In this document: one piece after another, positions 28,808 through 40,223 of the stretch
Numbering within the stretch: the stretch's first letter is position 1
How the letters are laid out: each line of letters begins with the position of its first letter
NCBI GenBank assembly: GCA_023666145.1
Contig: JAMPCO010000004.1
Span: forward strand, 1 to 62,435
Reading direction: 5' to 3'
DNA from: Prevotella sp.
Lineage (GTDB): Bacteria > Bacillota > Clostridia > Christensenellales > UBA1242
DNA length: 62,435 nt
Program-made: the position numbers and the translations under genes
The notes under the pieces: generated by a model
What the model was told of the DNA's origin: nothing
Seen by the model: only the letters and a program-made list of their open reading frames with translations
Database searches by the model: none

Positions 28808-31537
28808 ATGGACGGTACTATCCATCGGACGAAAAAACAAAACGTCAAACGTCCCTTCCCCTGGGGGGATATTGTCATTTGGGCGTCGGGGATTGCCGCT
28901 TTGTTGATGCTCTTCCGTTTGGGGGGCATTGTTTCCGATTTTATGTATGGTGTTGCGGGTATTTACATTTATTGTGTCTTCATTATTACCGCTACTTTTG
29001 GGATTTGTTTACGTACGGGAAAACGAATCCACATTGACCCGCAATATTTGTGGGGCGCCATCATTATGGTGTTGGCCTTTTTTACCGCAATGCACGTGGG
29101 TTTTACACAAGCGTTAGTGGGTGGCGGTAAAAGCGCAGATTTAAGCAGTTATTTAAGTTACTGTTTCTCTGGTGCTCACTTGACCCCTGGTGGGGTACTG
29201 TTTGCGTTGCCGTCGTATTTGTTGTTAGTGATTTCGGGAACGATTGGCACCTATTTACTCCTGGGCGTACTTTTTTTAGCAGGGCTGGTTTTGGTGGTTA
29301 ACCGTGTGATTATCAAAAACCGTGAGAAACGGATTATTACCATGGAAACCAAGCCCGAAGCCGTCACCGACCCCAACGATTTTGCTGCAACTACGGCGGA
29401 ATTGTATGCGAAATTGCAGGCGACCAATAAAGAGGTGATGCGCGAAAACCGTCGTGATTTTGAAGCCAGCAAAAGTTTGTTGGGGTTAGGTTCCATGCCG
29501 AAACGAGAAACCGCCAAAGTTATCGCGGACAGTCCCGTACCGTTGAACAATTTAACCACGCCAGAAGCCATCAATCAGGCTTCGGCAACCGCAGTCAGCA
29601 ATGCACCTGCGGGTTTGCGGATGTATAATGATGGTGTGGCAATTCCGTGGCAGGGGTTGGACAGTGCGGTTTGGTCGGGACTGCCACCTACGGTACCACC
29701 GACACCGCCTGCGTCGTTGATGTCACCAACACCAACCATGGGTGCACCTGCCTATCCCTACATGCCGTCGCCTAGTATGCCTTTACCCAGCAATATGGTT
29801 CCGCCGCAACGCGTGACACCTGTGTCACCCATCACTCCTGCGCAACCGACCGCCCCCGTAAATACTTGGGAGCAGGCCAGTGGAATGCAGTGGCAAGGTG
29901 CGAACACCAGTTGGACTCCACCGAGCAATCCAAGTGGACAATCCAATCCTGCTTTGGGTCGTCGTCGCAATGCCGCGGCCATCCAAAACTTGAATAACCA
30001 AACTTCATTGAGTTTGGATCCGCCCGCAACCGCGAATGAACCGACGGGAGACACTTTCAAAAATAAACGTTACTATCGACCGACTTTGGATTTGATTCAC
30101 ACCCAAAGTATGGATTTAAGCCAATTCAACGCGGAAGCCAGTGAAAAAGAAACCAAATTAAACGAACTGTTCCAACAATATAATGTGCGTGCGCGCGTCC
30201 ACAGTTTCAGCGTGGCACCCGCCGTCACACGTTTTGAAATTGTACCTGAGTTAGGTACGCGGGTGGCACAAATTGAAAACTTGCGTGACGACATGAATTT
30301 TGTTTTGAAAACCAACAACACGCGCATGGAAAGTCCGATTGAAGGCAAGAACGCGATTGGGATTGAAGTTCCCAACCACACGATTGGAACCGTATCAATT
30401 AAAGATTTGTTAGGCTCACGGGAATTTTTGTCACACAAAAGTCCGTTGGCAATTTGTGTTGGTAAGAACATCAGCGATGAACCGATTATTGCGGACTTAG
30501 CGGAAATGCCACACTTGTTGGTGGCGGGTACCACGGGTTCGGGTAAGTCGGTTTGCATTAATACAATTTTAACCAGTTTGATTTTCAAGACCAGTCCCGA
30601 AGATTTGAAGTTAATGTTGATTGACATGAAAGGTGGCGTCGAATTGGGTATGTACAATGGCTTGCCACATATGTTGGTCGAAAGGTGTATTTCCAACGTG
30701 ACGCACGCCGTCAACGCGTTCAAATGGTTGATTCGCGAAATGGACCACCGTTACGATTTATTGCAAGGTCAACACGTGAATAACATTGCTTTGTATCAGG
30801 CTTTGCCCGCGTACAAGAGTGGACAAATTCCCGCCATGCCTTACATCGTGATGGTGGTGGACGAAACGGCGGATTTGATGTCACGTAATAAAAAAGAAGT
30901 GGAAGATTGTATCCAAAATTTAGCGCAAAAGGCCCGTGCGGCGGGAATCCACATTATTTTGGCGACCCAACGTCCCAGTGTCGATGTTATCAGTGGTGTC
31001 ATTAAGGCCAACATCGGTACCCGCATCGCGTTCCGTGTGTTAAGTGGCGTCGACAGTCGAACAATTTTGGATGCGGTTGGTGCCGAAACTTTGATGGGAC
31101 GGGGCGATATGTTGTTTATGACTGCCAAAGGCATTGAACGTGTGCAAGGTTGTTACATGACAAACGACGAAATTCACCGCGTAACTAATTTCGTGCGGGA
31201 AAAGAATCCGCCCGATTTCAACCGCGAAATTGAAGATTTAATTTTGAATGGAATTCCCGATGGCAGCATGACCAGTTTCGACGATGACGGTGGCGGTGTC
31301 AGTGAGCAAGATCCGAAATTGGTGGCAATCTTGCGTTATGCTGTGCGGGAAAACAATGTCCGTCGAACTTTATCCATTTCGGAAATTCAACGTAAGTTTT
31401 CGGTCGGTTTTGGACGGGCAGGGCGCATCATGGATCAATTAGAACACGCGGGTTTTGTTGGTGCCGATTTTGGTAATGGTAAAGCGCGTGAGGTGATTGC
31501 AACAAGGGAACAGGTTGCGGAACTTTACGGCTTATAG
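28808..31537 (+). CDS. ftsK: DNA translocase FtsK/SpoIIIE
   Basis: N-terminal TM domain, Pro-rich linker, PHLLVAGTTGSGKS, VVDETADLM, ATQRPSVDVI, gamma domain GFGRAGRIMDQLE; alternative start 28802. Confidence 0.95.
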   Translation: MDGTIHRTKKQNVKRPFPWGDIVIWASGIAALLMLFRLGGIVSDFMYGVAGIYIYCVFIITATFGICLRTGKRIHIDPQYLWGAIIMVLAFFTAMHVGFTQALVGGGKSADLSSYLSYCFSGAHLTPGGVLFALPSYLLLVISGTIGTYLLLGVLFLAGLVLVVNRVIIKNREKRIITMETKPEAVTDPNDFAATTAELYAKLQATNKEVMRENRRDFEASKSLLGLGSMPKRETAKVIADSPVPLNNLTTPEAINQASATAVSNAPAGLRMYNDGVAIPWQGLDSAVWSGLPPTVPPTPPASLMSPTPTMGAPAYPYMPSPSMPLPSNMVPPQRVTPVSPITPAQPTAPVNTWEQASGMQWQGANTSWTPPSNPSGQSNPALGRRRNAAAIQNLNNQTSLSLDPPATANEPTGDTFKNKRYYRPTLDLIHTQSMDLSQFNAEASEKETKLNELFQQYNVRARVHSFSVAPAVTRFEIVPELGTRVAQIENLRDDMNFVLKTNNTRMESPIEGKNAIGIEVPNHTIGTVSIKDLLGSREFLSHKSPLAICVGKNISDEPIIADLAEMPHLLVAGTTGSGKSVCINTILTSLIFKTSPEDLKLMLIDMKGGVELGMYNGLPHMLVERCISNVTHAVNAFKWLIREMDHRYDLLQGQHVNNIALYQALPAYKSGQIPAMPYIVMVVDETADLMSRNKKEVEDCIQNLAQKARAAGIHIILATQRPSVDVISGVIKANIGTRIAFRVLSGVDSRTILDAVGAETLMGRGDMLFMTAKGIERVQGCYMTNDEIHRVTNFVREKNPPDFNREIEDLILNGIPDGSMTSFDDDGGGVSEQDPKLVAILRYAVRENNVRRTLSISEIQRKFSVGFGRAGRIMDQLEHAGFVGADFGNGKAREVIATREQVAELYGL

Positions 31538-31549
31538 TAAAATATCACG

Positions 31550-33697
31550 ATGGATAAAATTTTTGATTTTAAGGCTTGCGAAGCCCATTACAATGCCAAG
31601 TGGGTGGAACAGAATGTTTTCCGTGCCAAAGTTAATTACGACAAAAAGCCGTTTACCGTGATTATGCCACCGCCGAACATTACCAGTAAATTGCACATCG
31701 GTCATGCGTTCAATTTAACCATCATTGATGCACTGATTCGTTTCAAACGGATGCAAGGTTATGAAGTGTTGATGTTGCCCGGGGCAGATCATGCGGCGAT
31801 TGCGACCGAAGCCAAAGTGGTGGAAGAATTAAAAAAAGAGGGCTTAACGAAACAAGATTTAACGCGCGAACAGTTTATGGAGCGCATCCAAAAATGGTAC
31901 GACCATTATCAAGGCGTGATTTGCAACCAGTTCAAACGTTTGGGATTATCATGTGATTGGTCACGTTTTACGTTTACCATGGATGAACATTGTAAAAATG
32001 AAGTCAACAAGGCTTTTCACCGTTTGTACGCGGACGGGTACATTTACCAAGGCGAACGGATGATTAACTGGTGTCCGACGTGCCATACCGCCTTATCTGA
32101 AATTGAAGTCGAATACAGCGAAGTGCAACGCCCCATTTGGACCATTCAGTATGGGCCGTTACGCGTGGCAACGACACGACCCGAAACTTTGTTCGGTGAT
32201 GTGGCGGTAGCGGTGCATCCTAACGATCAACGTTACCAAAATCTGATTGGTAAAACGGTGCCGTTGCCGTTAACGAACCGTCAAATTCCCGTGATTGCCG
32301 ACGAATCGATCGACATGAAGTTTGGTACGGGTGCGGTTAAAATTACGCCCGCACACGATCATCACGATTATGAAATTGGGGAACGACACCACTTGCCACA
32401 TTTGAAAGTCATTGACGAAAACGGTGTTTTGTGCGGCGACGTGGGAAAGTATGCGGGGATGAAAGTGGCAGAAGCACGGGCAGCAGTGGTTGCGGATTTG
32501 CAAGCGCAAGGTTTCTTGGTGGCGACCAAACAACACGTTTCGAACATTGGTCAATGTTACCGTTGTCATCAAACGGTGGAGCCCGCCATTTCCAAACAGT
32601 GGTTTGTCAAAATGCACGATTTGGCACAGCCTGCGATTCAGGCATTGAACAATGGTTTAACGCTTGTGCCCAAAAAATTCCAAAAGATTTATTTACATTG
32701 GTTGAACAACATTCAAGACTGGTGCATTTCGCGTCAGTTAATTTCGGGACATCGTATCCCGATTGAAGGCGAAACCGATGTTTTGGATACTTGGTTCTCG
32801 TCGGCGTTGTGGCCGTTCGTGACTTTGAACAAAAACGCCGCAGATTTTGCCTATTTTTATCCCACCGATGTATTGGTGACCGCGTATGAAATTATTTTCT
32901 TTTGGGTGATCCGGATGGTCTTTTCGGGCTTGTATCATACCCAGCAATTACCATTTCACACGGTGCTGTTGCATGGTTTAGTGCGTGACAGTCAAGGCCG
33001 CAAAATGAGCAAATCTTTGGGCAACGGGATTGACCCTTTGGACATTATTGACCAATATGGGTGCGATGTGTTGCGGTATTCGTTATTGGTTGGTTCGCGT
33101 TTGGACCGTGACCCGAATTATGGGGATGAAAAAATTACCAAAGCCCGTTATTTTATGAACAAAATTTGGAACGCTACGAAGTTTGTCCAAATGCACAAAG
33201 ACAACGCATTACTGGTCACAGCGTTAGAAAGTTTCTTGAAAATGTTACACCCGCTTGCGCCTTACATTACTGAACAACTTTGGCACGAATTGGGGCACAC
33301 GACCGATTTGGCGTTCGAAGCGTTCCCGACAGCACTGAAAGGCAAAAAACATTGGTTTGCGGTGAGTTTGAACAAAATTGTGCGCACGATGACCCGTCGT
33401 TACGAAAAGTATGAATTTGGCATTGCGGCGAACGAATTGCAGCAATGGTTTTGGACGGACTTTTGCGACCGCTACATCGAAGAATGTAAAGACAAACCCA
33501 AACCAAAGGTAGAACAAGTGGCGGCCCCTGTTGATACCAAAGCCCAAGCCGCATATTACCGTGCCGAAATTGCACGTTCGTCGCAGTTATTGGCGAACCA
33601 AGGTTTCTTGGCTAAAGCCCCAGCAACCTTGGTGAAACAGGAACAAGAGAAACTTGCCAGATTTAAGGAACTATTATATAATTTGACTGGTGAATAA
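31550..33697 (+). CDS. valS: Valine--tRNA ligase (compact, 715 aa)
   Basis: PPPNIT..LHIGH, ATTRPET, GTGAVKITPAHD, DWCISRQL, KMSKS, C-terminal coiled coil F..KAP. Confidence 0.95.
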   Translation: MDKIFDFKACEAHYNAKWVEQNVFRAKVNYDKKPFTVIMPPPNITSKLHIGHAFNLTIIDALIRFKRMQGYEVLMLPGADHAAIATEAKVVEELKKEGLTKQDLTREQFMERIQKWYDHYQGVICNQFKRLGLSCDWSRFTFTMDEHCKNEVNKAFHRLYADGYIYQGERMINWCPTCHTALSEIEVEYSEVQRPIWTIQYGPLRVATTRPETLFGDVAVAVHPNDQRYQNLIGKTVPLPLTNRQIPVIADESIDMKFGTGAVKITPAHDHHDYEIGERHHLPHLKVIDENGVLCGDVGKYAGMKVAEARAAVVADLQAQGFLVATKQHVSNIGQCYRCHQTVEPAISKQWFVKMHDLAQPAIQALNNGLTLVPKKFQKIYLHWLNNIQDWCISRQLISGHRIPIEGETDVLDTWFSSALWPFVTLNKNAADFAYFYPTDVLVTAYEIIFFWVIRMVFSGLYHTQQLPFHTVLLHGLVRDSQGRKMSKSLGNGIDPLDIIDQYGCDVLRYSLLVGSRLDRDPNYGDEKITKARYFMNKIWNATKFVQMHKDNALLVTALESFLKMLHPLAPYITEQLWHELGHTTDLAFEAFPTALKGKKHWFAVSLNKIVRTMTRRYEKYEFGIAANELQQWFWTDFCDRYIEECKDKPKPKVEQVAAPVDTKAQAAYYRAEIARSSQLLANQGFLAKAPATLVKQEQEKLARFKELLYNLTGE

Positions 33698-34265
33698 CAA
33701 TCGCAGTACGTATTTTGTCGCCGATGAAATTACCCGCAAAATTATTTTGCTGTTCATTTTTGAAAAAATGGAAATTCCGTTATCGGAAAATACGTTGTCC
33801 GAAATCATCATGTCGAACCCAGATTTGATGTCATACATGGATTACCGTGAAGCGCTGGCGAAAATCGTGGACGTTAAATTTGTGGTGGCGAAGACGGTGT
33901 CGGGCGATTTGATGTACCAATTGACCAAAGATGGTCGCGATTGTTTGTCTCATTTTTGGGCAAAAATCCCGGCTTCAATCCGCGAAGGGATTATTAAGTA
34001 CACTGACGAAAATAAATTGCGGATGAAACGCAGTCAGGAATACCGCATTGATTATTTCAAAAATTCGGATGGCACCCAAACCGTAGTCTTTATGATAAAA
34101 GATTACACTGGGCCACATAATTTAATGGAATTGAAGTTACGTGTGCCTTCACGGGCGGATGCAATGCGCGCGGCGGCGCGTTGGAAAGACAAAGCCCCAG
34201 CAGTCTTTGAATTTATCTATAACCATTTAGTGGAAGAGGAGGATCATGAAGATGCGACAGTTTAG
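33690..34265 (+). CDS. DUF4364-like winged-helix protein
   Basis: KIILLFI...IPLS, Y.LT..G...L..F...IP.S.R, W...A..V pattern; own promoter TTGCCA-17-TATAAT inside the valS 3' end. Confidence 0.65.
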   Translation: MNNNRSTYFVADEITRKIILLFIFEKMEIPLSENTLSEIIMSNPDLMSYMDYREALAKIVDVKFVVAKTVSGDLMYQLTKDGRDCLSHFWAKIPASIREGIIKYTDENKLRMKRSQEYRIDYFKNSDGTQTVVFMIKDYTGPHNLMELKLRVPSRADAMRAAARWKDKAPAVFEFIYNHLVEEEDHEDATV

Positions 34266-34506
34266 TTACACCCCACAAGGTGTGTGCAGTATGCAAATTC
34301 GTTTTGAACTGGACGAACAGGAGAATGTGCATCACGTGCAATTTTTGGGCGGTTGCCCAGGTAACACGGTGGGGGTTGCGACTTTGGCGGAAGGCCAAAA
34401 TGCACGGGAATTGATTACTAAGTTACAAGGAATCAATTGCCGTGGACGCGGTACCAGTTGCCCCGACCAATTGGCTCAGGCTTTGATCAAAGCGCTGGAA
34501 GCGTAG
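34246..34506 (+). CDS. TSCPD-domain protein (TIGR03905 family)
   Basis: YTPQGVCS, FLGGCPGN, GINC.GRGTSCPDQLA. Confidence 0.85.
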   Translation: MKMRQFSYTPQGVCSMQIRFELDEQENVHHVQFLGGCPGNTVGVATLAEGQNARELITKLQGINCRGRGTSCPDQLAQALIKALEA

Positions 34507-34525
34507 TTTTTTGTCGGTGGCTACC

Positions 34526-35632
34526 ATGGCAAAAACACGCACACGCACACGCAATGCAAGATACCGCCTGAAATTTGTGTTCAGTGGTACACGGTTTTTC
34601 ATTTGTTTGGTCTTGCTCGCGTTGTTGGCGGGTGCGTACGTTTTATCGCTTCGTTGGTTCCCGTTACAACCAAACAAAACCAATGATGCCGCAACCGCGG
34701 ACTTTGCTGGTTTGCGTTGGCACACGGTTGATGTGGGACAGGGCGATTGCACCATTGTGCAGTTTCCCGATGATAAAGTGTTAATGGTGGACGCTGGCAG
34801 TGAAAATCATGACAAATCGTCCAGTACGATTTTGCAATATTTGCAAACTTGGCAAATTGCCACGATTGATTGGTTTGTGATTACGCATCCTGACGAAGAC
34901 CATTATGGCGGGGCAACCAAATTATTGGCAGAAGACAATTTGACGTTTAAGGAATTGTATTACAGTTCGGCATTCGCTAAAAACAACAGTACATACAATG
35001 CCTTAATTGAAAATTACCCGTTTCAGGCACCCGATGACGGAGAAGTGATTCAGGGGAGCGATTATACCATTACTTTTGTCAGCCCGTTTTCTACCGACAA
35101 AGCCAGTAATTCAAACGATGCGTCGTTGATGATGACGATTGAATATTACAATAAAATTTTTGTTTTGACGGGTGACGCCAGCAGTGCCATGGACGATGAA
35201 TTTATCAACCATGCGACCGAATTGCACCTTTTCGACGATAAATTGGAGCAACAAATTATTTTGAAGGTGGCTCACCATGGCAGCCGTACTGGTTCCAGTA
35301 ACACCTTTTTGGCGTATATTTTTAACAACATCCCAGAGCAAAATTTCGCGTTGATTTCATGTGGTAAGGATAATTCTTATAAACATCCGCATCAAGAAAC
35401 TTTGGAGCGGTTGGGAAACTATGTGTCGGCAGAACATCTGTTGGTGACTAAGGATGTGGGCGACATTGTGATCCAAGCCACAGCGACAACACTAACCATT
35501 AACGATACCGATTACACGGTGAATGTTACGGCCTACATTATCCAAAGTGCTTTTTTCATTGCGCTGGTGGTTGTAGTTGTAGTTTGTTTTTGTCGCGTCG
35601 AAATTAACACCAAAACTGCCCGCCGCAAATAA
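34526..35632 (+). CDS. ComEC/Rec2-type metallo-beta-lactamase-fold nuclease, membrane anchored
   Basis: DVGQGD, THPDEDHYGG, TGD, LKVAHHGS, ISCGKDNSYKHPH; TM helices at both ends. Confidence 0.85.
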   Translation: MAKTRTRTRNARYRLKFVFSGTRFFICLVLLALLAGAYVLSLRWFPLQPNKTNDAATADFAGLRWHTVDVGQGDCTIVQFPDDKVLMVDAGSENHDKSSSTILQYLQTWQIATIDWFVITHPDEDHYGGATKLLAEDNLTFKELYYSSAFAKNNSTYNALIENYPFQAPDDGEVIQGSDYTITFVSPFSTDKASNSNDASLMMTIEYYNKIFVLTGDASSAMDDEFINHATELHLFDDKLEQQIILKVAHHGSRTGSSNTFLAYIFNNIPEQNFALISCGKDNSYKHPHQETLERLGNYVSAEHLLVTKDVGDIVIQATATTLTINDTDYTVNVTAYIIQSAFFIALVVVVVVCFCRVEINTKTARRK

Positions 35633-35641
35633 GATAAATTG

Positions 35642-37444
35642 ATGGATAGTCAACAAATGGTGGTCGACCTGTTCGAGCAGTATCTGACGGGTGACGATTT
35701 TGCGGTTAAAAATAATGCCAATATGCAACGGTCAGTGGCGGGATTAAATTTGCATCTGCGCGAAGCAGTGACCAAAACCTATTGCCTAACCAAAGTGTAT
35801 CCGCCCAAGATTGCAGCGGCACACCAAAGAGGTGCCATACACATTCACGACTTAGGCTTCTTTGGGCCATATTGTGTCGGTTGGGACTTACGTCAGTTGC
35901 TGGTGATGGGATTTACTGGCGTCAAAGGTAAAATTTCTGTGGCGCCCGCCAAACATTTGCGCAGTGCGTTGGGACAAATTGTCAACGCAACATTCACTTT
36001 ACAAGGGGAAGCCGCAGGGGCGCAAGCCTGGTCTTCGTTTGATACGTATCTGGCGCCGTTTGTCCGCCATGACCAGTTAGACGATGCCGCGCTGGAACAA
36101 ACTTTGCAAGAATTCTTATTCAATCTGAACGTGGCTACGCGTGCGGGTTTCCAATGCCCGTTTTCCAACATTACTTTGGATATCCGTTGCCCGTCCACAT
36201 TGCGCGATGTGCCAGTGGTGATTGGTGGCGTTTTACAGGAAAGCACTTATGGCGATTACCAAACCGAAATGGAACGGCTGGATTTGGCATTTTGCAAAGT
36301 GATGTTAAAGGGCGATAGCCAGGGAAGGGTGTTTTCGTTCCCGATTCCGACTGTTAATATTACCAAAGATACGGCGTGGGACAGTCCTGTCATGACCCAA
36401 ATTGCCGCCATGGCCGCTAAGTACGGGATTCCGTATTTTGCGAACTATGTTAATTCGGATTTGAATCCCGAAGATGCTGTGTCGATGTGTTGTCGTTTGC
36501 GTTTAGATGTGCGCGAATTAAAGAAACGGGGCGGTGGCTTATTTGGTTCTAACCCTTTGACGGGCAGTATTGGGGTCGTCACTTTGAACTTACCACGTTT
36601 GGGTTATGAGTCCCGTGACGAAGATGATTTTTTTGTGCGTTTAGGTCAGTTAGCGGATTTATCCCAAGAGAGTTTGGAAATAAAACGGCAAATGGTGGAA
36701 AAGCAAACTGACGCTGGTTTGTATCCGTATAGTGCTTTTTATTTACAAGGCGTGAAACAACGGACGGGTAGTTATTGGAGTAATCATTTTAGCACGATTG
36801 GCATTGTGGGAATGCACGAGTGTTTATTGAATTTGAAACAGGTGGGATTAGAAACCACAGCAGGACAACAATTTGCGTTAAAGGTGATGCACTTTTTGCG
36901 CGATAAATTGCGGGTTTATCAGGAAACCACAGGGCACGTATATAATTTGGAAGCCACTCCTGCCGAAGGAACAGCCAGTCGTTTGGCACAAATCGACCGC
37001 AAAACTTATCCCCAAATCATTACTGCGGGTACGACCGCCGCACCATATTATACGAACAGTACCCAATTACCCGTCGGTTACACGGATGATTTGTTCGCAA
37101 TGATTCGGTTGCAAGACGAATTACAAAATCTTTATACGGGTGGTACGGTTATTCACCTTTATACTGGGGAAAAATTGGACGATGTGGAAGCGGTAAAAGC
37201 CTTGATTCAAAAGATATTTCATCACTGTCGGATGCCGTACATTTCCTTAACCCCGACTTTTTCCATTTGTCCGTCACATGGTTATTTGGCGGGTGAACAT
37301 TGGCAATGTCCAACGTGTGGTGCCGAGACCGAAGTGTGGAGCCGGGTGGTGGGATTCTTGCGTCCCGTTTCTAATTACAATGCTGGGAAACGACAAGAAT
37401 ACATGGATCGCAAAAAATACCGTTTATTTTCATCCGCGGAGTAA
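35642..37444 (+). CDS. nrdD: Anaerobic (class III) ribonucleoside-triphosphate reductase, no ATP cone
   Basis: IHIHDL, MCCRLRLD, YNLEATPAEGT, CPSHG..CPTC Zn site, glycyl-radical motif SRVVGFLRP. Confidence 0.93.
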   Translation: MDSQQMVVDLFEQYLTGDDFAVKNNANMQRSVAGLNLHLREAVTKTYCLTKVYPPKIAAAHQRGAIHIHDLGFFGPYCVGWDLRQLLVMGFTGVKGKISVAPAKHLRSALGQIVNATFTLQGEAAGAQAWSSFDTYLAPFVRHDQLDDAALEQTLQEFLFNLNVATRAGFQCPFSNITLDIRCPSTLRDVPVVIGGVLQESTYGDYQTEMERLDLAFCKVMLKGDSQGRVFSFPIPTVNITKDTAWDSPVMTQIAAMAAKYGIPYFANYVNSDLNPEDAVSMCCRLRLDVRELKKRGGGLFGSNPLTGSIGVVTLNLPRLGYESRDEDDFFVRLGQLADLSQESLEIKRQMVEKQTDAGLYPYSAFYLQGVKQRTGSYWSNHFSTIGIVGMHECLLNLKQVGLETTAGQQFALKVMHFLRDKLRVYQETTGHVYNLEATPAEGTASRLAQIDRKTYPQIITAGTTAAPYYTNSTQLPVGYTDDLFAMIRLQDELQNLYTGGTVIHLYTGEKLDDVEAVKALIQKIFHHCRMPYISLTPTFSICPSHGYLAGEHWQCPTCGAETEVWSRVVGFLRPVSNYNAGKRQEYMDRKKYRLFSSAE

Positions 37445-37448
37445 TTCG

Positions 37449-38144
37449 ATGGCGTACCAAGCATCTATGCCAGAAAGTGTCGCGGCACTGAAAATCGCGG
37501 GGTGGCAAAAGCAATCATTGATTGACTATCCTGGAAAAATTGCTGCTGTTATCTTTTTGGCGGGGTGTAATTTGCGCTGTCATTATTGTCACAACCACCA
37601 AATCCTGGATGCAAAGCAAAATCGATTGCCGTTTGCTACCGTGTTTCAAACTTTACGTCAACGCCGTGACTGGCTTGATGCGGTCGTCGTGAGTGGCGGC
37701 GAACCCACGGTTTATCCCATGTTGATTCCCTTGTTGCAGGTGCTACGGGGGTTGGGATTACTGATTAAACTCGATACAAATGGCACGCGACCCGCTGTCG
37801 TCCGTCAAATTGTGGCGGAGGGGTTGGTGGATTACGTGGCATTGGATATTAAAGCCCCTGCCAGTAAGCACAAAGAGATAACAGGTATGCCGATTGACAG
37901 TGTATTGAAAACGGCAAAATTTTTGCAACACCAAAAGCGTGTACCCTATATGTTCCGCACAACTTTAAGTCCACGTTTGAACGGAAATGATTTGCTGGAA
38001 ATGGGGCAAAAAATTGTCAACGGGGCGCCCCTTTGGCAAATCCAACAATGCCGCATTGCGGGGCATTATTCCGCGGATGAAGTCCAAAAAATGGCGGCCA
38101 TGGTAAAAAATTTCGCACTAGATGTTGTAGTTAAAGGAGTATAA
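37449..38144 (+). CDS. nrdG: Anaerobic RNR activating radical-SAM protein
   Basis: SLIDYPGK, CNLRCHYCHN (CxxxCxxC), SGGEPT, KLDTNG. Confidence 0.9.
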   Translation: MAYQASMPESVAALKIAGWQKQSLIDYPGKIAAVIFLAGCNLRCHYCHNHQILDAKQNRLPFATVFQTLRQRRDWLDAVVVSGGEPTVYPMLIPLLQVLRGLGLLIKLDTNGTRPAVVRQIVAEGLVDYVALDIKAPASKHKEITGMPIDSVLKTAKFLQHQKRVPYMFRTTLSPRLNGNDLLEMGQKIVNGAPLWQIQQCRIAGHYSADEVQKMAAMVKNFALDVVVKGV

Positions 38145-38210
38145 TTATCACTATATATTGTATAAAATAACTGTTTTGTACGATTTTTGAAAAGTGTTAT
38201 AATACAGTGT

Positions 38211-40223
38211 ATGGCAAACGAAAAACAGACTTATGATGCGAGTAATTTGACACTGTTAAAAGGGCTGGATGCGGTACGTAAGCGACCAGGGATGTACATC
38301 GGAACAACGGGTTCCAAAGGGATGCACCACCTGTTATGGGAAATTGTTGATAATGGGATTGACGAAATCGCCAATGGCTTTGGTAACAAATTACTGGTCA
38401 TGATACATCAAGACAATTCCATTACGGTGGAAGATGACGGGCGCGGGATTCCCGTCGATATCCACCGTGAATTAAAAATTTCGGGTGTCGAAATGGTGTA
38501 TACCGAATTGCACGCCGGTGGTAAATTTGATAATAAAAATTACAGTTTCTCGGGTGGGTTGCATGGCGTCGGGGCGTCGGTGGTCAATGCGCTTTCCGAA
38601 TATTGCGAAGTAACCGTTTACAAAGACGGCAAAGAACATTATGTCCGTTTTTCACCCCACCTGAATCCGCAAGACGGACAAATGCATTGGGGCGTGGCGG
38701 ACGCACCGTTAAAAGTGGTCGGTCGAACTTTGAAAAATGGCACGCGGGTGCATTTTTTACCCGACGCCGTAATGTTCAATCATGCACAATTTGATTACAA
38801 AATTGTTTCACAACGTTTGGAAGAATTAGCGTTCTTAAACAAGGGCGCCGAAATTACTTTGATTGACGAACGGATTACCCCCGATGACGCCGAATTTTCG
38901 CGCGAATGTGTTTACAAATTTGACGGTGGAGTCGCGGATTTTGTGTCGTACTTAAACGAAGGCAAAAACACTTTGTATAAGACGCCGTTTATTGTCGCTG
39001 GGCAAAGCGACAAAATGCCGATTACTTTTGCCATTCAACATACGGACGGGTTTGTGGAAAGTATTTTCTCGTACGTAAACAACATCCCGACGGGCGAAGG
39101 TGGTACGCACGAAACGGGCTTCAAAAGCGCCATTACGCGTGCTTTCAACCAATTAGGTAAGCAGTTCGGTTATTTTAAGGACAAAGACAACGCGTTGCAA
39201 GGGGAAGATTATCGTGAAGGGATGACTGCGGTCTTGTCCATTAAGATGCAGGAAGTACAATTTGAAGGACAAACCAAAACCAAGTTGGGTAACCCCGAAG
39301 CCAAGATTGCCGTTGAAACATTTACTTACAATAGTTTACTGGAATATTTCAAAGACGCTGACAAAGTGGCAGACAAGAAGAGTTTATTGGAAATCATTAT
39401 CAACAAAGCCAAAGCGGCGGCGCGTGTGCGGGAAGCGGCACGTAAAGCCAAAGATATTGCGCGCAGTAAAAACAGCATTGATGGCAGCGTGTTAATTGGT
39501 AAATTGGCCAGTTGCAGTGGACGGCGTCCCGAAATGAATGAAATCTTCATCGTGGAAGGGGACAGTGCGGGTGGTACCGCAAAACAGGGACGCGACCGCA
39601 GTTGTCAAGCCATTTTGCCGTTGCGTGGTAAACCTTTGAATGCAGAAAAGAAACGGATTGATCAAGTTTTGGAAAACGAAGAGTTCCGTACGTTGATTGG
39701 AGCGTTGGGAACAGGTATTGGGGAAGATTTTAACATCGACAATTTACGGTATCACAAGGTGATTATTTTGGCGGATGCCGACCAGGATGGTGGGCATATC
39801 CGTTCCATTCTGTTAACTTTCTTTTTCCGTTACATGAAAGATTTGATTGCACAAGGTCATGTGTACACGGGTATGCCACCTTTGTTCAAGGTCTTTAAGA
39901 AAGATTTTAGCCGTTATTGTTATGACGAAAACGAATTGAAAGAAGTTACCAAAACTGTGAAGGGTGGCAGCGTACAACGTTATAAAGGGTTAGGAGAAAT
40001 GAACGCGGACCAATTATGGGAGACCACGATGAATCCGAAGACCCGCAAATTATGCCGTATTACGCTGGACGATGCGGCTGAAGCCGAACGTTTGATTACG
40101 ACTTTGATGGGCGATGATATTGAAAGTCGTCGCAGTTACATCAGTAAATATGCAAATTTTAACAAACAAGACGATACCGCAACCAAGGCGGTTAAGAGTA
40201 AATTAGGAGGTGCAAATGGGTGA
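38211..40223 (+). CDS. parE: Type II topoisomerase B subunit (ParE/GyrB family)
   Basis: [55 protein letters not shown]; partner lacks a GyrA box; TGnTATAAT ends 7 nt before the ATG. Confidence 0.75.
   Translation: MANEKQTYDASNLTLLKGLDAVRKRPGMYIGTTGSKGMHHLLWEIVDNGIDEIANGFGNKLLVMIHQDNSITVEDDGRGIPVDIHRELKISGVEMVYTELHAGGKFDNKNYSFSGGLHGVGASVVNALSEYCEVTVYKDGKEHYVRFSPHLNPQDGQMHWGVADAPLKVVGRTLKNGTRVHFLPDAVMFNHAQFDYKIVSQRLEELAFLNKGAEITLIDERITPDDAEFSRECVYKFDGGVADFVSYLNEGKNTLYKTPFIVAGQSDKMPITFAIQHTDGFVESIFSYVNNIPTGEGGTHETGFKSAITRAFNQLGKQFGYFKDKDNALQGEDYREGMTAVLSIKMQEVQFEGQTKTKLGNPEAKIAVETFTYNSLLEYFKDADKVADKKSLLEIIINKAKAAARVREAARKAKDIARSKNSIDGSVLIGKLASCSGRRPEMNEIFIVEGDSAGGTAKQGRDRSCQAILPLRGKPLNAEKKRIDQVLENEEFRTLIGALGTGIGEDFNIDNLRYHKVIILADADQDGGHIRSILLTFFFRYMKDLIAQGHVYTGMPPLFKVFKKDFSRYCYDENELKEVTKTVKGGSVQRYKGLGEMNADQLWETTMNPKTRKLCRITLDDAAEAERLITTLMGDDIESRRSYISKYANFNKQDDTATKAVKSKLGGANG

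Noticed and set aside
29330-30070. Pro/Ser/Thr-rich low-complexity stretch in ftsK
   Set aside because: Normal variable FtsK linker.
34535-34552. ACACGC x3 tandem repeat near the start of the ComEC-like gene
   Set aside because: Short and a multiple of three, so no phase-variation effect.
13893-35632. ComEB-like deaminase plus ComEC-like gene as a competence operon
   Set aside because: The genes are unlinked, and the ComEC-like ORF has only the MBL domain without the multi-TM competence channel.
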